Shown: in pieces, positions 39,966 through 52,690 of the stretch
Position numbering within the stretch: the first letter of the stretch is position 1
Layout: the number at the start of each line of letters is the position of its first letter
NCBI RefSeq assembly: GCF_009914755.1
Contig: NC_060928.1
From: the human T2T-CHM13v2.0 reference genome, Homo sapiens
Reading direction: 5' to 3' (one strand)
DNA: 64,000 nt
Position numbers and translations under genes: made by a program
The notes under the pieces: generated by a model
The model's database searches: none
What the model was told of the DNA's origin: nothing
Seen by the model: only the letters and a program-made list of their open reading frames with translations

Positions 39966-41737
39966 GATTGAATTTACAAAGGAATTCAATGTCAATTCCT
40001 TTACGAGAAAAGTCTTGTACTTCAGCAGCCCTCGGTTGATAGAAAGCACAGGAGATAACTTATGACACAGCCAACATTTTGTGAAACAATGACTGGAACA
40101 AAACAGCAGCCATCCTTGCCTTTGAGGTTTTATTTAACGTTTCGATACCACTAGCTATATTTTGCTTTTTTCCCCTTACGTTGAATTTTAATTCCATTCT
40201 TGAATGTAGAAATTTCAGATTCTCTAAAACTACATGTCACTGTTTTCATCCTAGAAAATGTTTCTGTCATAAAGCAAAGGAAATGTTACCAGTGTTTTCG
40301 GTTCTTGTACTTTTAACGTATTCCATTTAGAAATTTTGCCATTCTGTTTTCCATTAATAGTAGGCGAAATACAGGAAAACTACATTTATTATTCCTCAGT
40401 TTTTGAAGAACTTTTCAGCATCAATTGTTAATCAGATTATTTTAGGTTTTCATAAATAATTTTTTTTGCCTCTTTCAAAAGGTTAACAGTTAAGCATACT
40501 TTCTGTAATTGGTTGATTGGATTTTTTTCTGAGGTACAACATTAATACAAGTCCAAAAAATGTCATAAACTTAACTAAAATGATGAAATATTTTATGTAG
40601 ACATTAGGAGTGGATCAGAATACTTCTGCTTTCTGGGTAAAACTTAAAAGTTTACTATTTCATATTTGGTAAATAGGTTTTAAGCCAATTCTAGTAAGAA
40701 ATTAATAAAACTACCTTATTTTATATTTCACTTAAGATAAGGTAGAAGACTTTAACTAAAGGACCATATTTATTCATTATTTTAATATTATAAGGGAAGT
40801 AAAAAAAATAAGGTATAGTCTAAATGGTGCATATAAGAAATATTGACAGTGTTTAGCAACAATGCAGTCCTTTAAGATTTCTGTCATAATGCTAAACTTG
40901 AATAAGATGGAATGGCTGAACATGTGTTTAGTCTTTTATTTTAAGAGGAATTGAGATTTGATAGATTTGGAAATGAGCTTTGCAAAGACTTTTTATGTCT
41001 ATAGGTCTGTCGTTGTCCTTTTTCAAGGCATTTCTGAAGTTATTCCTACTTGTACATAATTAATGGAATTGGCTTAATTTGATGACATAATAAATAACTT
41101 ATAAAATTTTAAACATCAAGTGAAAATTTAGAAAGGCCATTACTATTCTATAAACCTTATAAACTTGCTCTGGGAGAATGCATTCTAAATTATATGTAGT
41201 GTTTCAGCTCCCATTGTGTTGCTCATAGTCTTCTAGGAACAGATAAACTTAAGTATTCAGTTCACTCTTGGCATTTTTTCTTTAATATAGGCTTTTTAGC
41301 CTATTTTTGGAAAACTGCTTTTCTTCTGAGAACCTTATTCTGAATGTCATCAACTTTACCAAACCTTCTAAGTCCAGAGCTAACTTAGTACTGTTTAAGT
41401 TACTATTGAATGAATTTTCTTCATTTTCAGATTAGTCCAGTGTTACCAAGGTAAGCAAGGGAATGAAGTATACCAACTTCTTTGAAAGCATTTTAGGACA
41501 TTATGGCAGCTTTAGAAGGCTGTCTTGTTTTCTAGCCAAGGGAGAGCCAGAACAGGTTTTGGATACTAGAGAAAGTCATATGCTTGTACTATTGCCATTT
41601 TAGAAAGCTCTGATGTGAATTGAAATTTTACCTCTGTTACTTAAAGCCAACGATTTTAAGGCAGTAGTTTAACTGGCCATTTAAGCTCTTTGTACAGTGT
41701 CAATTTGTAAAAAAGAAAAAACAAAAAAAAAATCTCA

Positions 41738-41743
41738 AATAAA
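41738..41743 (+). terminator. Polyadenylation signal of the source mRNA
   Basis: AATAAA ~26 nt upstream of the A run starting at 41770. Confidence 0.9.
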
Positions 41744-42333
41744 ACTTGAGATAACATTTTAAGACTTCCAAAAAAAAAAAAAGAACCTAGCTATATTAAA
41801 ATAACAAAATCTCAACACACAGCCCGTAAGACTCAATGAATTTCACATGAAGTGAATCCTTCCATGATAACAGGGTGTTCCTCCCTCCTCTTGAAACTCC
41901 CGGGATTTGTTACAGTGGCTTTATTGTCTATTATATCAATGTAATTGCCATATTGTAGCATCTCAGGTTTATCTCCGTGGAATATTTGTCAGTAAGGGCT
42001 GCCTTCATTTTCTGTTTTTCTCCACTATTCAAAATTCAACACTAAACTTAGAACAGAATAGGTATTTTCTTTTGCTGATAATAGATGATATATACAAAAG
42101 TATATTGCAATCCTTGTTCTTTTATATTTTTATATTGTTATTTTTTTCTGATTTGAATCCCATCTATAGAGAATGAATTCCAGTGGGACAGTACAAATTT
42201 ATGATAGACACAAAAGAAAAAAAGTTAGGAGCTTATGCATTTCATGTGATGTACAATATCTGCTTCTCTGTTTTTGCAGCGCAAGAGTGTACTTACTTAC
42301 CCATTGGGAGATAATGATGCTATATGAATACAT

Positions 42334-42965
42334 TTTTTAAGACTTTATTTTTTAGAGCAGTTTTTGTTTCACAGCAGAATTAAGAGAAAAGTAGAGACAT
42401 ATCCCATATCTCTTGGCCTCACACATGCATAGCCTTCCCTATTATCAACATCCTCCATCAAAGTATTGCATTTGCAATTGATGAACCTCATTTGACACAC
42501 CATCACTCAATGTCCATAGTTTACATTATTCACTCCTGATGTTGTAGATTCTGTGGGTTTTAGACAAATGTTACTAAGTCATGTTCCCATTATTATAGTA
42601 TCATTTAGAGTGTTTTCACTACCCTAAAAATCCTCTTTAATTTTTCCATTTATCCTTCCCCACACCCACTCCCCTAACTTCTGGCCACGACTTACTTTTT
42701 AATATCTCCATATTTTTACTTTTACCAGAATGTCACATAATTGGAGCCAAACAGTACATAACATTTTCAGATTCACTTGTTTCACTTAATAATACACATT
42801 TATTTTTCCTCTGTCTTTTCTGGTTTGACAGCACATTTCTCTTTAGCCCTGAATAATATTCCATTGTCTGGATGTACCACAGTTTATTTATCCATTTATC
42901 TACTGAAGGATGTCTAGGTTGCTTCAAAGTTCTCACAATTGTGAATAAAGCTCCTAGAAACATCC
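42334..42965 (-). mobile_element. Old L1M (L1MB/MC-like) 3' fragment
   Basis: gactttattttttagagcagtttt...; ORF 42733..42963 resembles the ORF2 C-terminus (WINKLWYIQTMEYYS). Confidence 0.8.
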
Positions 42966-44173
42966 ACGAACTTTTTTTGTTACGTCATTTGCGTGTGTCT
43001 GATTCCTTATTTCTTCTGACCTCCTTCAGAATTTTTTATTTTGTGCCTCATGGTAATATGCCTGTCAGTGTTCAGAGTTTCCCTATCAGCCAGCTGAGCC
43101 AACACTACAGAGAGAGTGAAGAATCTCTCCTGCAAATCTTTCTCTTGCAAACTCTCTTCTTCAGGTTTTGGATGGAATTCTTCCCTTTGAGAAAATTGTT
43201 TTCAGCTGATTTCTCCCTCTTGGCATCATTATTCATGACAGCACCTTTAGTCCTCTCTCTTCTTTATTCTTTCAAAAATTATTTTTATTGAAATATAATT
43301 CACCTACTTAAAACTAACTCCTTGGAAGTAAACACTTCAGTGATTTTTTTTATATAGTAAATATTTATTGCCTTTATCTCAATTCTTTCTCACATTGTAC
43401 TTCTTTTTTTCCAAAATGTGTCATCTTGTTTTCTGGAACTCACATTCTTAGCTAAAATATCTCTCCCACAACCTAAATATTTTCACTATACTTTACCCTT
43501 ATCTCATTGCACTAACTAAAATCTAGCTACCTGCTAAGAATATAACTCCTATTACAGCTTCCTCATTATCCTGCACCCCACCTACATTAGTGCTAGGAAG
43601 CAGAGATTACATCCAATTCACTCCCAAATGTAGTTTCAGGATCATTGCTGCTCCATCCTCATGTTAAAAGCATCTGTTCCTTTGAGCATTATGCCATCTG
43701 GCTGTGCCTATTCCTCCAACTACACGATTTTAGTCACTATTATTTTACTAAGTATATTATAACTCCCTCTCATTTACTGAAGAGTGTAGTACCTAGAATA
43801 AATGAGTCCTTTCTGCAATAAATTCTACTATTATTCTGGCTGACTGCCACATCCAAATGGGACACACACACAAGATCCAACATTATACAACACAATTTAA
43901 GTCCTTTTCTCCCCCAATATAAAACAAGGCCTCACCGCTCTTTCCCAAATGCTCTGTTTTAACTTCCTAATACCACATTTAGAAAAGTTGCCTTTCTCTG
44001 GCCATTTTTTCCCTCTCCCTCTTTTCATAATTAAAGGAGAAGCTTTCCTTCTGTCTGAGGCTTTGCCACTCTTTTTTTTCCACCTTCCTAGTGATGCTGA
44101 TCCATTTCATTATTGTAAATCTCTCATATATTTTCAGTTTATCCATTCCTTCACATTGACATGTTTTTGTATA

Positions 44174-44250
44174 CAGTCATGCCTTGCAAAATGACAGGGA
44201 TATATTCTGACAGATGCATCATTAAGCAATTTTGTCTTTATGTGAACATC
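44174..44250. mobile_element. Tigger3-like terminal fragment
   Basis: ta|cagtcatgc...gacagggatatattctgacagatgcatcattaagcaattttgtc...tgtgaacatc. Confidence 0.7.
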
Positions 44251-44354
44251 TGTATTATTTTGTTTTCACATTGCTCATAAAGACATACCTGAGACTGGAC
44301 AATTTATAAAAGAAAGAGGTTTATTGGATTCATAGTTCCACTTGGCTGGGGAGG
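44251..44354 (-). mobile_element. THE1 LTR 3'-end fragment
   Basis: tgtatta...ttttcacattgct...aaagacatacctgagactgg...aagaggtttattggattcatagttccacttggctggggagg. Confidence 0.85.
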
Positions 44355-44885
44355 TTCTTGGTCTCACTGACTTCAGGAATGAAGCCACGGACCCTCGCAG
44401 TGAGTGTTACAGTTCTTAAAGATGGTGTGTCTGGAGTTCGTTCCTTCAGATGTTCAGATGTGTCTGGAGTTTCTTCCTTCTGGTGGGTTCGTGGTCTTGC
44501 TGACTTCAGGAGTGAAGCCATGGACCTTCTCGGTGAGTGTTACAGCTCTTAAAGATGGTGCAGACCCAAAGTGAGCAGCAGCAAGATTTATTATGAAGAA
44601 CGAAAGAACAAAGCTTCCATAGTGTGGAAGGGGACCCACGCGGATTGCCACAGCTGGCTCAGGTGGCCAGCTTTTAGTCCCTTCTTTGGCCCCGCCCACA
44701 TCCTGTTGATTGGTCCATTTTACAGAGTGCTGATTGGTGCGTTTACAATCCTTTAGCTAGACACAGAGTGCTGACTGGTGCATTTTTACAGAGTGCTGAT
44801 TGGTGCATTTACAATCCTCTAGCTAGACAGAAAAGTTCTCCAAGTCCCCACTTGACCCAGGAAGTCCAGCTGGCTTCACCTCTCA
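44353..44885 (-). mobile_element. LTR12-family (ERV9) solo LTR, short variant
   Basis: Minus strand starts tgagaggtgaagccagctggacttcctgggtc; tandem cagagtgctgattggtg units; duplicated gtgagtgttacag-ctcttaaagatggtg block. Confidence 0.92.
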
Positions 44886-45485
44886 ATACTCTCCTCAATT
44901 TCAGTAAAAGGCATGGTAGTTTTCTAGTTGAGTTGCTGATGCCAGAAATCCCTGATTTATCTTTGATCCTTTTTTACTCTTTATTTTCTAGAATTCAATC
45001 AATTAGCACTTTCTCTTAAGTCTTATAAAGACTGCAAATATCTTGCCACTTCTTACTACATTCAGTGCTGCCAACTTGCTTGACCCACCATTACTTTCAC
45101 TCAGATTCTTAGAATAACCTTCAAAGGTTTTTTTGTTTGTTTATTTCTGCTTTCTTCTGCCCTCTTGTTGCAACCCACAGTCTCTCATGGTAGAGCAAAC
45201 ATAATAATCGTTTAAACATAATTAAGATGTTACAAAAATTGCATTTTATCTCACATTACTCTACCTTTGTCCCTCTTCCTCTTGTAGATGTCACCATTTG
45301 ATAAACCGCACATTTTCCTTACTTCTCTAATCCTTATGTATCTCTTTCTCTCCTACCAGAGTAAAAACAGTGTGGAGGCGGAAGTTTTCGCTCTTTTGTT
45401 TCCTAAGAAATGCCTATTGCAAGAACATTCCTTGACACATGGTAGACATTTGATAAATATGTGTTAAGTGCAGGAATAAAAAATG
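44886..45485 (+). mobile_element. L2 3' remnant
   Basis: cagtaaaaggca...gttgctgatgccagaaatcc ... gacacatggtagacatttgataaatatgtg...aatgaat; very diverged. Confidence 0.55.
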
Positions 45486-48369
45486 AATTTATAAAGTATA
45501 CATTTAATAAGACTTGAAAATTATTTGAATGTAGAATATATGTGAGACTAATAATTTAATATGACACAAATTTCTTCTGTGAGTGACTATGAAAATTGAT
45601 GTTTACATGAAATGAGAAACTATGTAACACTAGTTTAATCACGGGTCAGAAGAAGATGATGATTTTTTAATATGTTGGGTTTTGGATTAATATTAATGAA
45701 TTAACATCAAATTAGCAATTGAAATTTAATATAAGAAGGAAAGCTAGTCTAACACATGGATTAGCAAATGGGCAGGTCATTTCTGAATTTCTTAAAACAC
45801 ATAAATTAAACATTTATTTTTTCTCCTGTTATTTCCTGCATAATGCCCATATGGTAAGACAGATTTTAACCCAATTTATGGTTATATTTGGGATAGTTAC
45901 TTAAAATGTAGGCTTTGTAGATTCCTGGATACTTACCTTGAAGCCTGAGGAGAACCTAAAAGATCTTTTCAGCCTTCCTCAAGGGCAGGTAGAACTGATG
46001 AATATCTCCAGAAGTTCATTTTGACTGCTGAATGGTAGAGGCATATCAATATGTGTCTACATGCTGTGGATAAACAAAACACACAGTGTTTTAAAATAGA
46101 GTCTCTAAATGAAAATAACACTGATAAGTATTTCAAATTACAGATTCTGATTTGCAATCAGGCCTGTTTTCTCATGGAAAGGTCTAAGTGTGTGTTCCAG
46201 GGTGAGGAACAGCAGGATTTATCTACATTTGTTAATGATTCTCCCAGTAGACCAGCCAGCAATTTAATAGAATAGTTTGAAAAAAGTGCATAATTAATTT
46301 ATAGCTTATAGAGTTGAAGAAGCAGCTATCACAATAATTAACTTTGAATGTCAACACTTGTAGATAGATTTTAGTTAGTGAGTATCATACTTCAAAGTCT
46401 GTACACATTGCCTCTGTTTGGTTTCACTGCCATCAACTGAATAGTAATACCTTTGTTGATGTTCAGAGGAATAACAGGTGGGACTTTGGTACATTGTAGC
46501 TCAAAACAGTTGTGATTAGGCATTATTCAACAAAACTCCGTTCCTTCTTTAAGTTGCCTAAGGAAGGTCTTTAATCCGAACTTCTGATGTTTACGGCATC
46601 TATAAACCCAAGCTGCAGACACACCTCCTAGCCATCCAAATAACCTTTTTTGAATTTCACATTTTAATGTTTCATTAATATTTGACATCAATACAATTTG
46701 GTCACCTACTTACATTTAATCAGAAAAGACATTGAGTTATTGCAACACTCTGGCACTCTTTCTGTAAAACTAGACAGTATCTATCTGGACTATATCCTCT
46801 TTTCTTCATGGTAGGCAGAAAAGGGTAAGAAAAATAAGATTTAATGAATAGAGATAATGAAATGAACACAAATGATGGAAGCACTAGAAAATGTAAGTGT
46901 TTCTCACTAACAAAATTAAAATAAAGCTAGTCATATGCCTTATAGCAATAATTTTGGTAAGATAGACAATGGGATTTATTAGATCCAATTGTAGGAGAGT
47001 AGTTTTAGAGAAAATAATTAAGTCCAATTTAGTGTGTCAGATTTTTACTTCTCTCTAAATATTTAACTTATCTATTATGCTCTGTTAAGACTATGACTCC
47101 GTTTGAAATTATTTGAACATTATACTTCTACTTTACGGTGCATAATAGGAGACAGAAATTACTGGGTCATTCACAAATAACACAGAATAAAGAATAATTT
47201 AAAGCACTTTGCTATCAAAAATATACTGTTTAATTGTGTTGTGTTGCTTGATTGGAATTGTTGACTTGGTACAAAGTCTATATTGCATAATTTAGCTCCT
47301 TTTAATTTTAAAATTGTTGAGGTAATGATTATCATTCAATGCTATAACTTCTCACCTGCCATTATGTGCTAGGAGTCTGGAATACAGTCAACAGTGGGAA
47401 AAAATGATATCAATTTTAGCTGTACCCTTATAGAAAAAAATTATATTTCTGACAGAGAAATTTCTTGGCATTACTATGACGTGGATATCAAAAAACTCGA
47501 ATCTATTCCTTCATTTTGCCTTTACCCATATTGGTAAACTTGAGCAGATTACATAATCTTTCTGCTATTCACTTGCTTACATTACCTTAAAGTTTACCTC
47601 CAGTTCTCAAAATAATTCTAATAGCATACATGATTTTCTGATGACAGTAATCATTTTAGCCTCCTTATTGACTTTTATTTAATATCAATACTGATCTTTC
47701 TAGTTACTAGGGAATACTAAATATTTAAATAGGACACAAATAAGAAATTTTTCGCACATGTTTACTTTAGACTACAACCAGAATGTGATACTATATTAAG
47801 GATGATATCCCATCTTCATTTTCTCCTGTTATTTCCCTGTTTCCTCTCCAAAGTTTCTGTTACATAGTGGGCTCTCACTGCCTCAAAAGGGGAATAGGAT
47901 ACAGCCCAGAGAAGGAAAATGTGTTATTCTAGCCTTGTCTTTGAGTTTTCGAAACCCAAGTCTTGTGGCAATGAGGTGAGGCAGGGAGGGGCGGGGGGTG
48001 AATTAGAAATTTGGTATCTAAACAAATTGTTTCAGAGAAAAAAAAATAACATTACTTTTCTAGGCTGGAGTGTCCATTTGAACTAAGAGAGAGACCCATT
48101 GTACTGGTCTAATAATAGGATTCTATGTCATATTTCCTGGTCAGAGATCTAGGAAGTTATTCAGAAACCAAAGAGGAAATGAGATGGGCAATGTAACTAG
48201 GTAGATGAAGTTATAGTGCACTCAATAAAATTCCTGTGCCCTATAATAGCAAGGAAAAAATGAAAATATCTGTTGGATATATTGTCCTCTGCCACACAAA
48301 GGCAACTGCCACTTATACACAGAATTGTAAGAGGTTTTTATTATATCTTTACAATTATGTCTTCTCCTT

Positions 48370-48743
48370 TTGTTCTTGCATAGGTTCACTTAGCCAAGTT
48401 CCATTTCCTTGCTCCAGTTGACTTTGTGCTTGTCATGAGACTTGTTTTGACTCATGGAATGGTGACAGAGAGGAATATGTATTTGTTTTTGTTCTCCTTA
48501 TACCTTGTTATCTGTTACAAATAATAATAATTAAAAAAAACAGTTTCCAAGATTCTTTAGCCTGAGGCCTGGAATGGAGAAGACCTGACCTGATTTTGTA
48601 GCCTACAGCTAAATCCAACTGAACGTAGTCAAGCCAGGCCAAAGCACAGCCAACATACAAACTACTGGGTAACAAATTTTCTTGTTGTCATGTACTACCA
48701 AAATTTTGGTGGTTTTTAACCACAGCAAAAACTAACCACTACA
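48370..48743 (+). mobile_element. Old MLT1 LTR (H/I/J-like)
   Basis: catgagacttgttttgactcatggaatg ... aattttggtggtttttaaccacagcaaaaactaaccactaca. Confidence 0.55.
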
Positions 48744-49014
48744 GTAAGTGACAGAAGACAGATGTGCTGATTATATTAATGGCTAACCACAGGGAAAATT
48801 TTTAATTTTGATTTGAGAATTCAATATACGCCCACCAAAACAAACAGAATGCTCTAAAATCTCATTGGGATTTAGAAACTATCTTGTAAACTGGATAGTG
48901 GAAATATCCCAGTTGATCAAAGTTAAGTTTCCTCCACCCAACTGAGAGACAATATTAAGTGAAGAGAAAAACATGAGGATTAAAGAAAACTAGAAATTTA
49001 GTATCTTTAGAAAT

Positions 49015-49205
49015 TCGTTGTCCAATTTGATAGCTGCTAGCCACATGTGGCTATTTAAATTAATCGCAATTAAATAAAGCTAAAAATTCAATTCCTCAAT
49101 CACACTAGCTGCGTTTCAAATCTTACCATATATCGTTAATGGCTATCTTAATGGAGAGGACATATAAAGTATTCTTCTCATCACAGAGTTTTTATGGGAC
49201 AGTTC
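49015..49205. mobile_element. MER3/MER33-like hAT-Charlie fossil
   Basis: ctagccacatgtggctatttaaattaa...aaaattcaattcctcaatcacactagc. Confidence 0.7.
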
Positions 49206-49419
49206 TATGAGACACAGATGTTGGTAATTTAGCCTTTTTATACTAGATAAATGAGATAAAACAATACTCATGTTCCCATATTGGGCAGTGAAGAGATTAT
49301 CAAAGGTTGTATTATTATTTGCAAATACTTACTTTTGCCTCCGTCTATGTTAATGTAGGCCTTGGACCTGTAAGTTGCTTGCCCGTATAAATACGAGTAA
49401 CATTGGCACGTGTTAAGCA

Positions 49420-51184
49420 ACACCAGCTGCTCTTCCTTTTCTCATCCAGGTAACCATGAATCTGTTATCCATTTCTATAGTTTTGTCATTTCAATAGTAT
49501 TATGTAAATGTATTTATACAGTATGTAATATTTTAAGGTTGAACTTTTTCACTGTTTATTCACCTTCAGCTTCATCCAACAGTTCTTTTTTACTGCTGAG
49601 CTTCATGGTATGGATATACCACAATTTGCCTAACCATTCACCCATTGAAGACATCTTGGTTTTTTTGTTTTGTTTTGTTTTGTTTTGTTTTCAGTTTTTG
49701 ACTATTACAAAAAAGCTGCCATGAATATTTGGGTACATCTGTGTGTGTGTGTGACCCTAACATTTTGTTTATGCTGGAATAAATGTCCAAGAGTATAATT
49801 ACTAAGACAAATGGAAGTGCATGTTTAGTGTTATTTAAAATACCCAAACTGTTTTCCAGAGTAACTGTTCCATTTTACAATCCCTGGTAGCAATGAATGA
49901 GTTATTTAGTTTCTTCATGTCCTTGACAGCAATTAGTGTTGCTATATATTTTTTAATTATAGACATTCTGGTAGGTCAGTAGAGATATCTTATTGTGGTT
50001 TTAATGTGCATTTCCGTAATGGTTAATGGTATGGAATTTTTTATGTCCTTATTTCCAATCTGCATATTTTCTTTGGTGAAATGTCTGTCCATGTCTTTTG
50101 CCCATTTTCTTGTTTTTTCTGTTGAGTTTTGAGAATATGTATTTTAGATACCAATCTTTCACTGGATATGTGGTTTGCATTCTTTCCAGTTTGTCCTTTC
50201 ATCCTCATATCCAAATATTTTTCAAAGCAATTTTTTAAAAATGGTGAGTTCTAATTTATGAAATTTTACTTTTATGACGAATGCTTCTGGTATCAAGGCT
50301 AGAAATTGTGCCTAGCTCTGTATTGTGGATGTTTTAAAATATTTTTATGGAAATTGTATGGCTTTGCATTTTACATCTAAGTTTATGACTAATTTTGACT
50401 TAATTTTTGCATAAGTGTGAGGTTTAGGCTATGTTCTTTTATTTCCACTTGCTAAAAGACCATTTGTTGAAAGGACTATTCTTCTTTGAAATTACTTTTG
50501 CATGCACCTTTGTCAAAAATTGTTTAACTATGTAGTGTGGGTCTATTTGTATTCTTTATTCTGTCTCATTGATTTATAATTCTATCTCTCCACTAGTACT
50601 ACACTTTCTAGATTACCATAGCTCTACAATTTGCCTTAATATGTGTAAGATGATTTCTCCTACATTCTTCTTTTTCAAAATTGGTTTAGCTTCTCTAAGT
50701 CCTTTGCCTTTATATATAAATAGAATAAGTTTTTCTGTGTCTACAATATACCTTATTGAGATTTTGATAGCATTTGCAATAAAGCTGTGGGTGCATTGGA
50801 GGATACTGACAACTTTACTATGTTGAAATTTCCAATTCATAAATATGCTATATATCTTCATCTACTTAGTTCTTCATTGATTACTTTAACTAGCATTTTA
50901 TAATTAGCATTCTTAGCATACATGTACATATTTCTATCAAATTTAGACCTAGATATTTCATTTTCCTTATGATAATAATATTTTATTTTTAAGTTTTATT
51001 TTCCACATGTTGATTTTTGTGTTGATTCTATATTCTATAACCTTGATAACATTACTAAAATTACTAATTAGTTCTAGAAATATTTTGTTGTTTGGATTTT
51101 TTTGTAGTTTCTTTGGGATTTCATACACAGATAACTTGTAAATAAGGAACATTTTCTTTCTTGCTTTTCAATCTGTATATCTTT

Positions 51185-51244
<60 letters not shown>

Positions 51245-51272
51245 TCCTTCCTTCCTTCCTTCCTTCCTTCCT

Positions 51273-51331
<59 letters not shown>

Positions 51332-51377
51332 CCTCTCTCTTTCTTTCTTTTTCTTTCTTTCTTTCTCACCTGCCTGT

Positions 51378-51411
<34 letters not shown>

Positions 51412-52690
51412 TCTTTCCTTCCTTCCTTCCTTCCTTCCTTCCTTCCTTCTTTCTCTCTCTCTCTCCCTCTCTCTCTCTCTCTCTCCCCTTCTCTTTTCTT
51501 GTCTTATTGCATTGGTTAGAACATCCAGTACTATATGTTGAATAAGTCTTGAGACCAGATATACCAGCCTTATTCTCCATCTTAGGAGAAAGCATTCATA
51601 CTTTCTCTAGTAAGTATGATATTAGTTGTAGGTAGTTTGTAGATGCCCTTTATTAAGTTGAGGCTGTTCTATTTTATTTTTAACTTGTTGAAAGTTTTGT
51701 CATGAATGGGTTTGGATTTTGTCAAATGCTTTTTGTTTGTCCATTTATATAAGTACAATAATTTTTCTTTTTTAGGCTGTTGATGTGGTAAATTTTGTTG
51801 ATTATTTGTAAATGTTGAATAAGCCTTGCATACCTGGAATAAATCCCATTTGATCATGGCATATAATTCTTTCCTTGCATTATTGGATTTCATTTGCTCC
51901 TTTTTTAGGGTTTTCATTCTTAATTTCATAAGAGATACTGGTTTGTATTTTTCTCTTCCTTTTTTAAAAAATTATTTATTTGTATTGTCTTTGGCTTTTG
52001 TATGAAGGTAATATTGGTTTCATAAAAATGAGTTGGAAAATGTTTTCTCCTCTTCCTTTTCCTAAAAGAGATTCTACAAATTTGAGGTTAATTCTTCTTT
52101 CAAGCTTTGGCATAATTTATTAGCAAAACCACTTGGATCTGTAGATGTATTTTAAGGGGGAGTTGTTAGTTACAGATTCAATTTATGTAATGGCTATTTG
52201 ATATTTCAGATTATCTATATACTCTTGACTAAGTTATGTTAGTTTGTGGTTTACAAGCAAATTATTTTATTTCTTTTAAGTTTTTGAATCTATGAGCATA
52301 AAGTTGAATCTATGAGCAAAGCATTGTATTCTCTTATTAATTTTTAAATAACAGCAGGATCTGTAGTAATATCCCATTTTATCCTGGATATTGGTGGTTT
52401 GTTTTCTTTCTTTTTATTTTTATCAGGTCATTTAGAGTTTTAACAATTTTACTGATCTATTTGAAGAATGGAAATTTTATTTTATTGATTTTTTCCATAG
52501 TTTTTTCTTTCCAATTTTATTGATTACTGCTTTTCTTTGTTATCTCCTTCCTTTGATTACTTTGGTTTCTTTTGATCTTTTTTGTTATTTGTTGAGGTGA
52601 GAATATACATTGTCTTCTTACCTTTTCTAATGTAAGCAATTAGTGTTACACATTTTCTTATTAGTATTGCTTTAGCTATATTCCATCAAG
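49420..52690 (-). mobile_element. Old L1M (L1MC/MD-like) 3' UTR and ORF2 fragment
   Basis: T-rich antisense L1 sequence; ORF2-like remnants (KLILFIYKGKGLREAKPILKKKN; FLELISNFSNV). Confidence 0.8.
51180..51500. repeat. Compound (TTTC)n(TTCC)n(TGCC)n(TC)n microsatellite
   Basis: About 320 bp read directly; explains ORFs 51074..51595, 51121..51369 and 51161..51541. Confidence 0.97.

Larger units (their letters stand above)
37834..41777 (+). pseudogene. EXOC5P1: Processed pseudogene of EXOC5 (exocyst complex component 5, Sec10)
   Basis: Intronless. 5' UTR 37834-37996; CDS remnant 37997-39965 (MATMAELFEE...RSARLARHFN) split across ORFs 37997, 38166, 38372 and 38874; frameshifts at ~38183 and 38345-38348; ~152-nt deletion at 38828/38829; ~1.8-kb 3' UTR; AATAAA, A tail and 13-bp TSD. 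Parent identity is secure; the P1 number is from memory. Confidence 0.95.

Noticed and set aside
39034-40065. Alternative-frame and antisense ORFs over the pseudogene
   Set aside because: Shadow ORFs of the EXOC5 coding sequence, mostly with non-ATG starts and no recognisable homology.
45931-45960. Strong minus-strand donor AAG|gtaagt with a possible 19-nt microexon
   Set aside because: Weak polypyrimidine tract; isolated consensus donors also occur elsewhere (e.g. ~19578 on +) by chance.
51074-51595. 173-aa Lys/Glu/Arg-rich ORF and overlapping ORFs
   Set aside because: Translation of a stop-free microsatellite.
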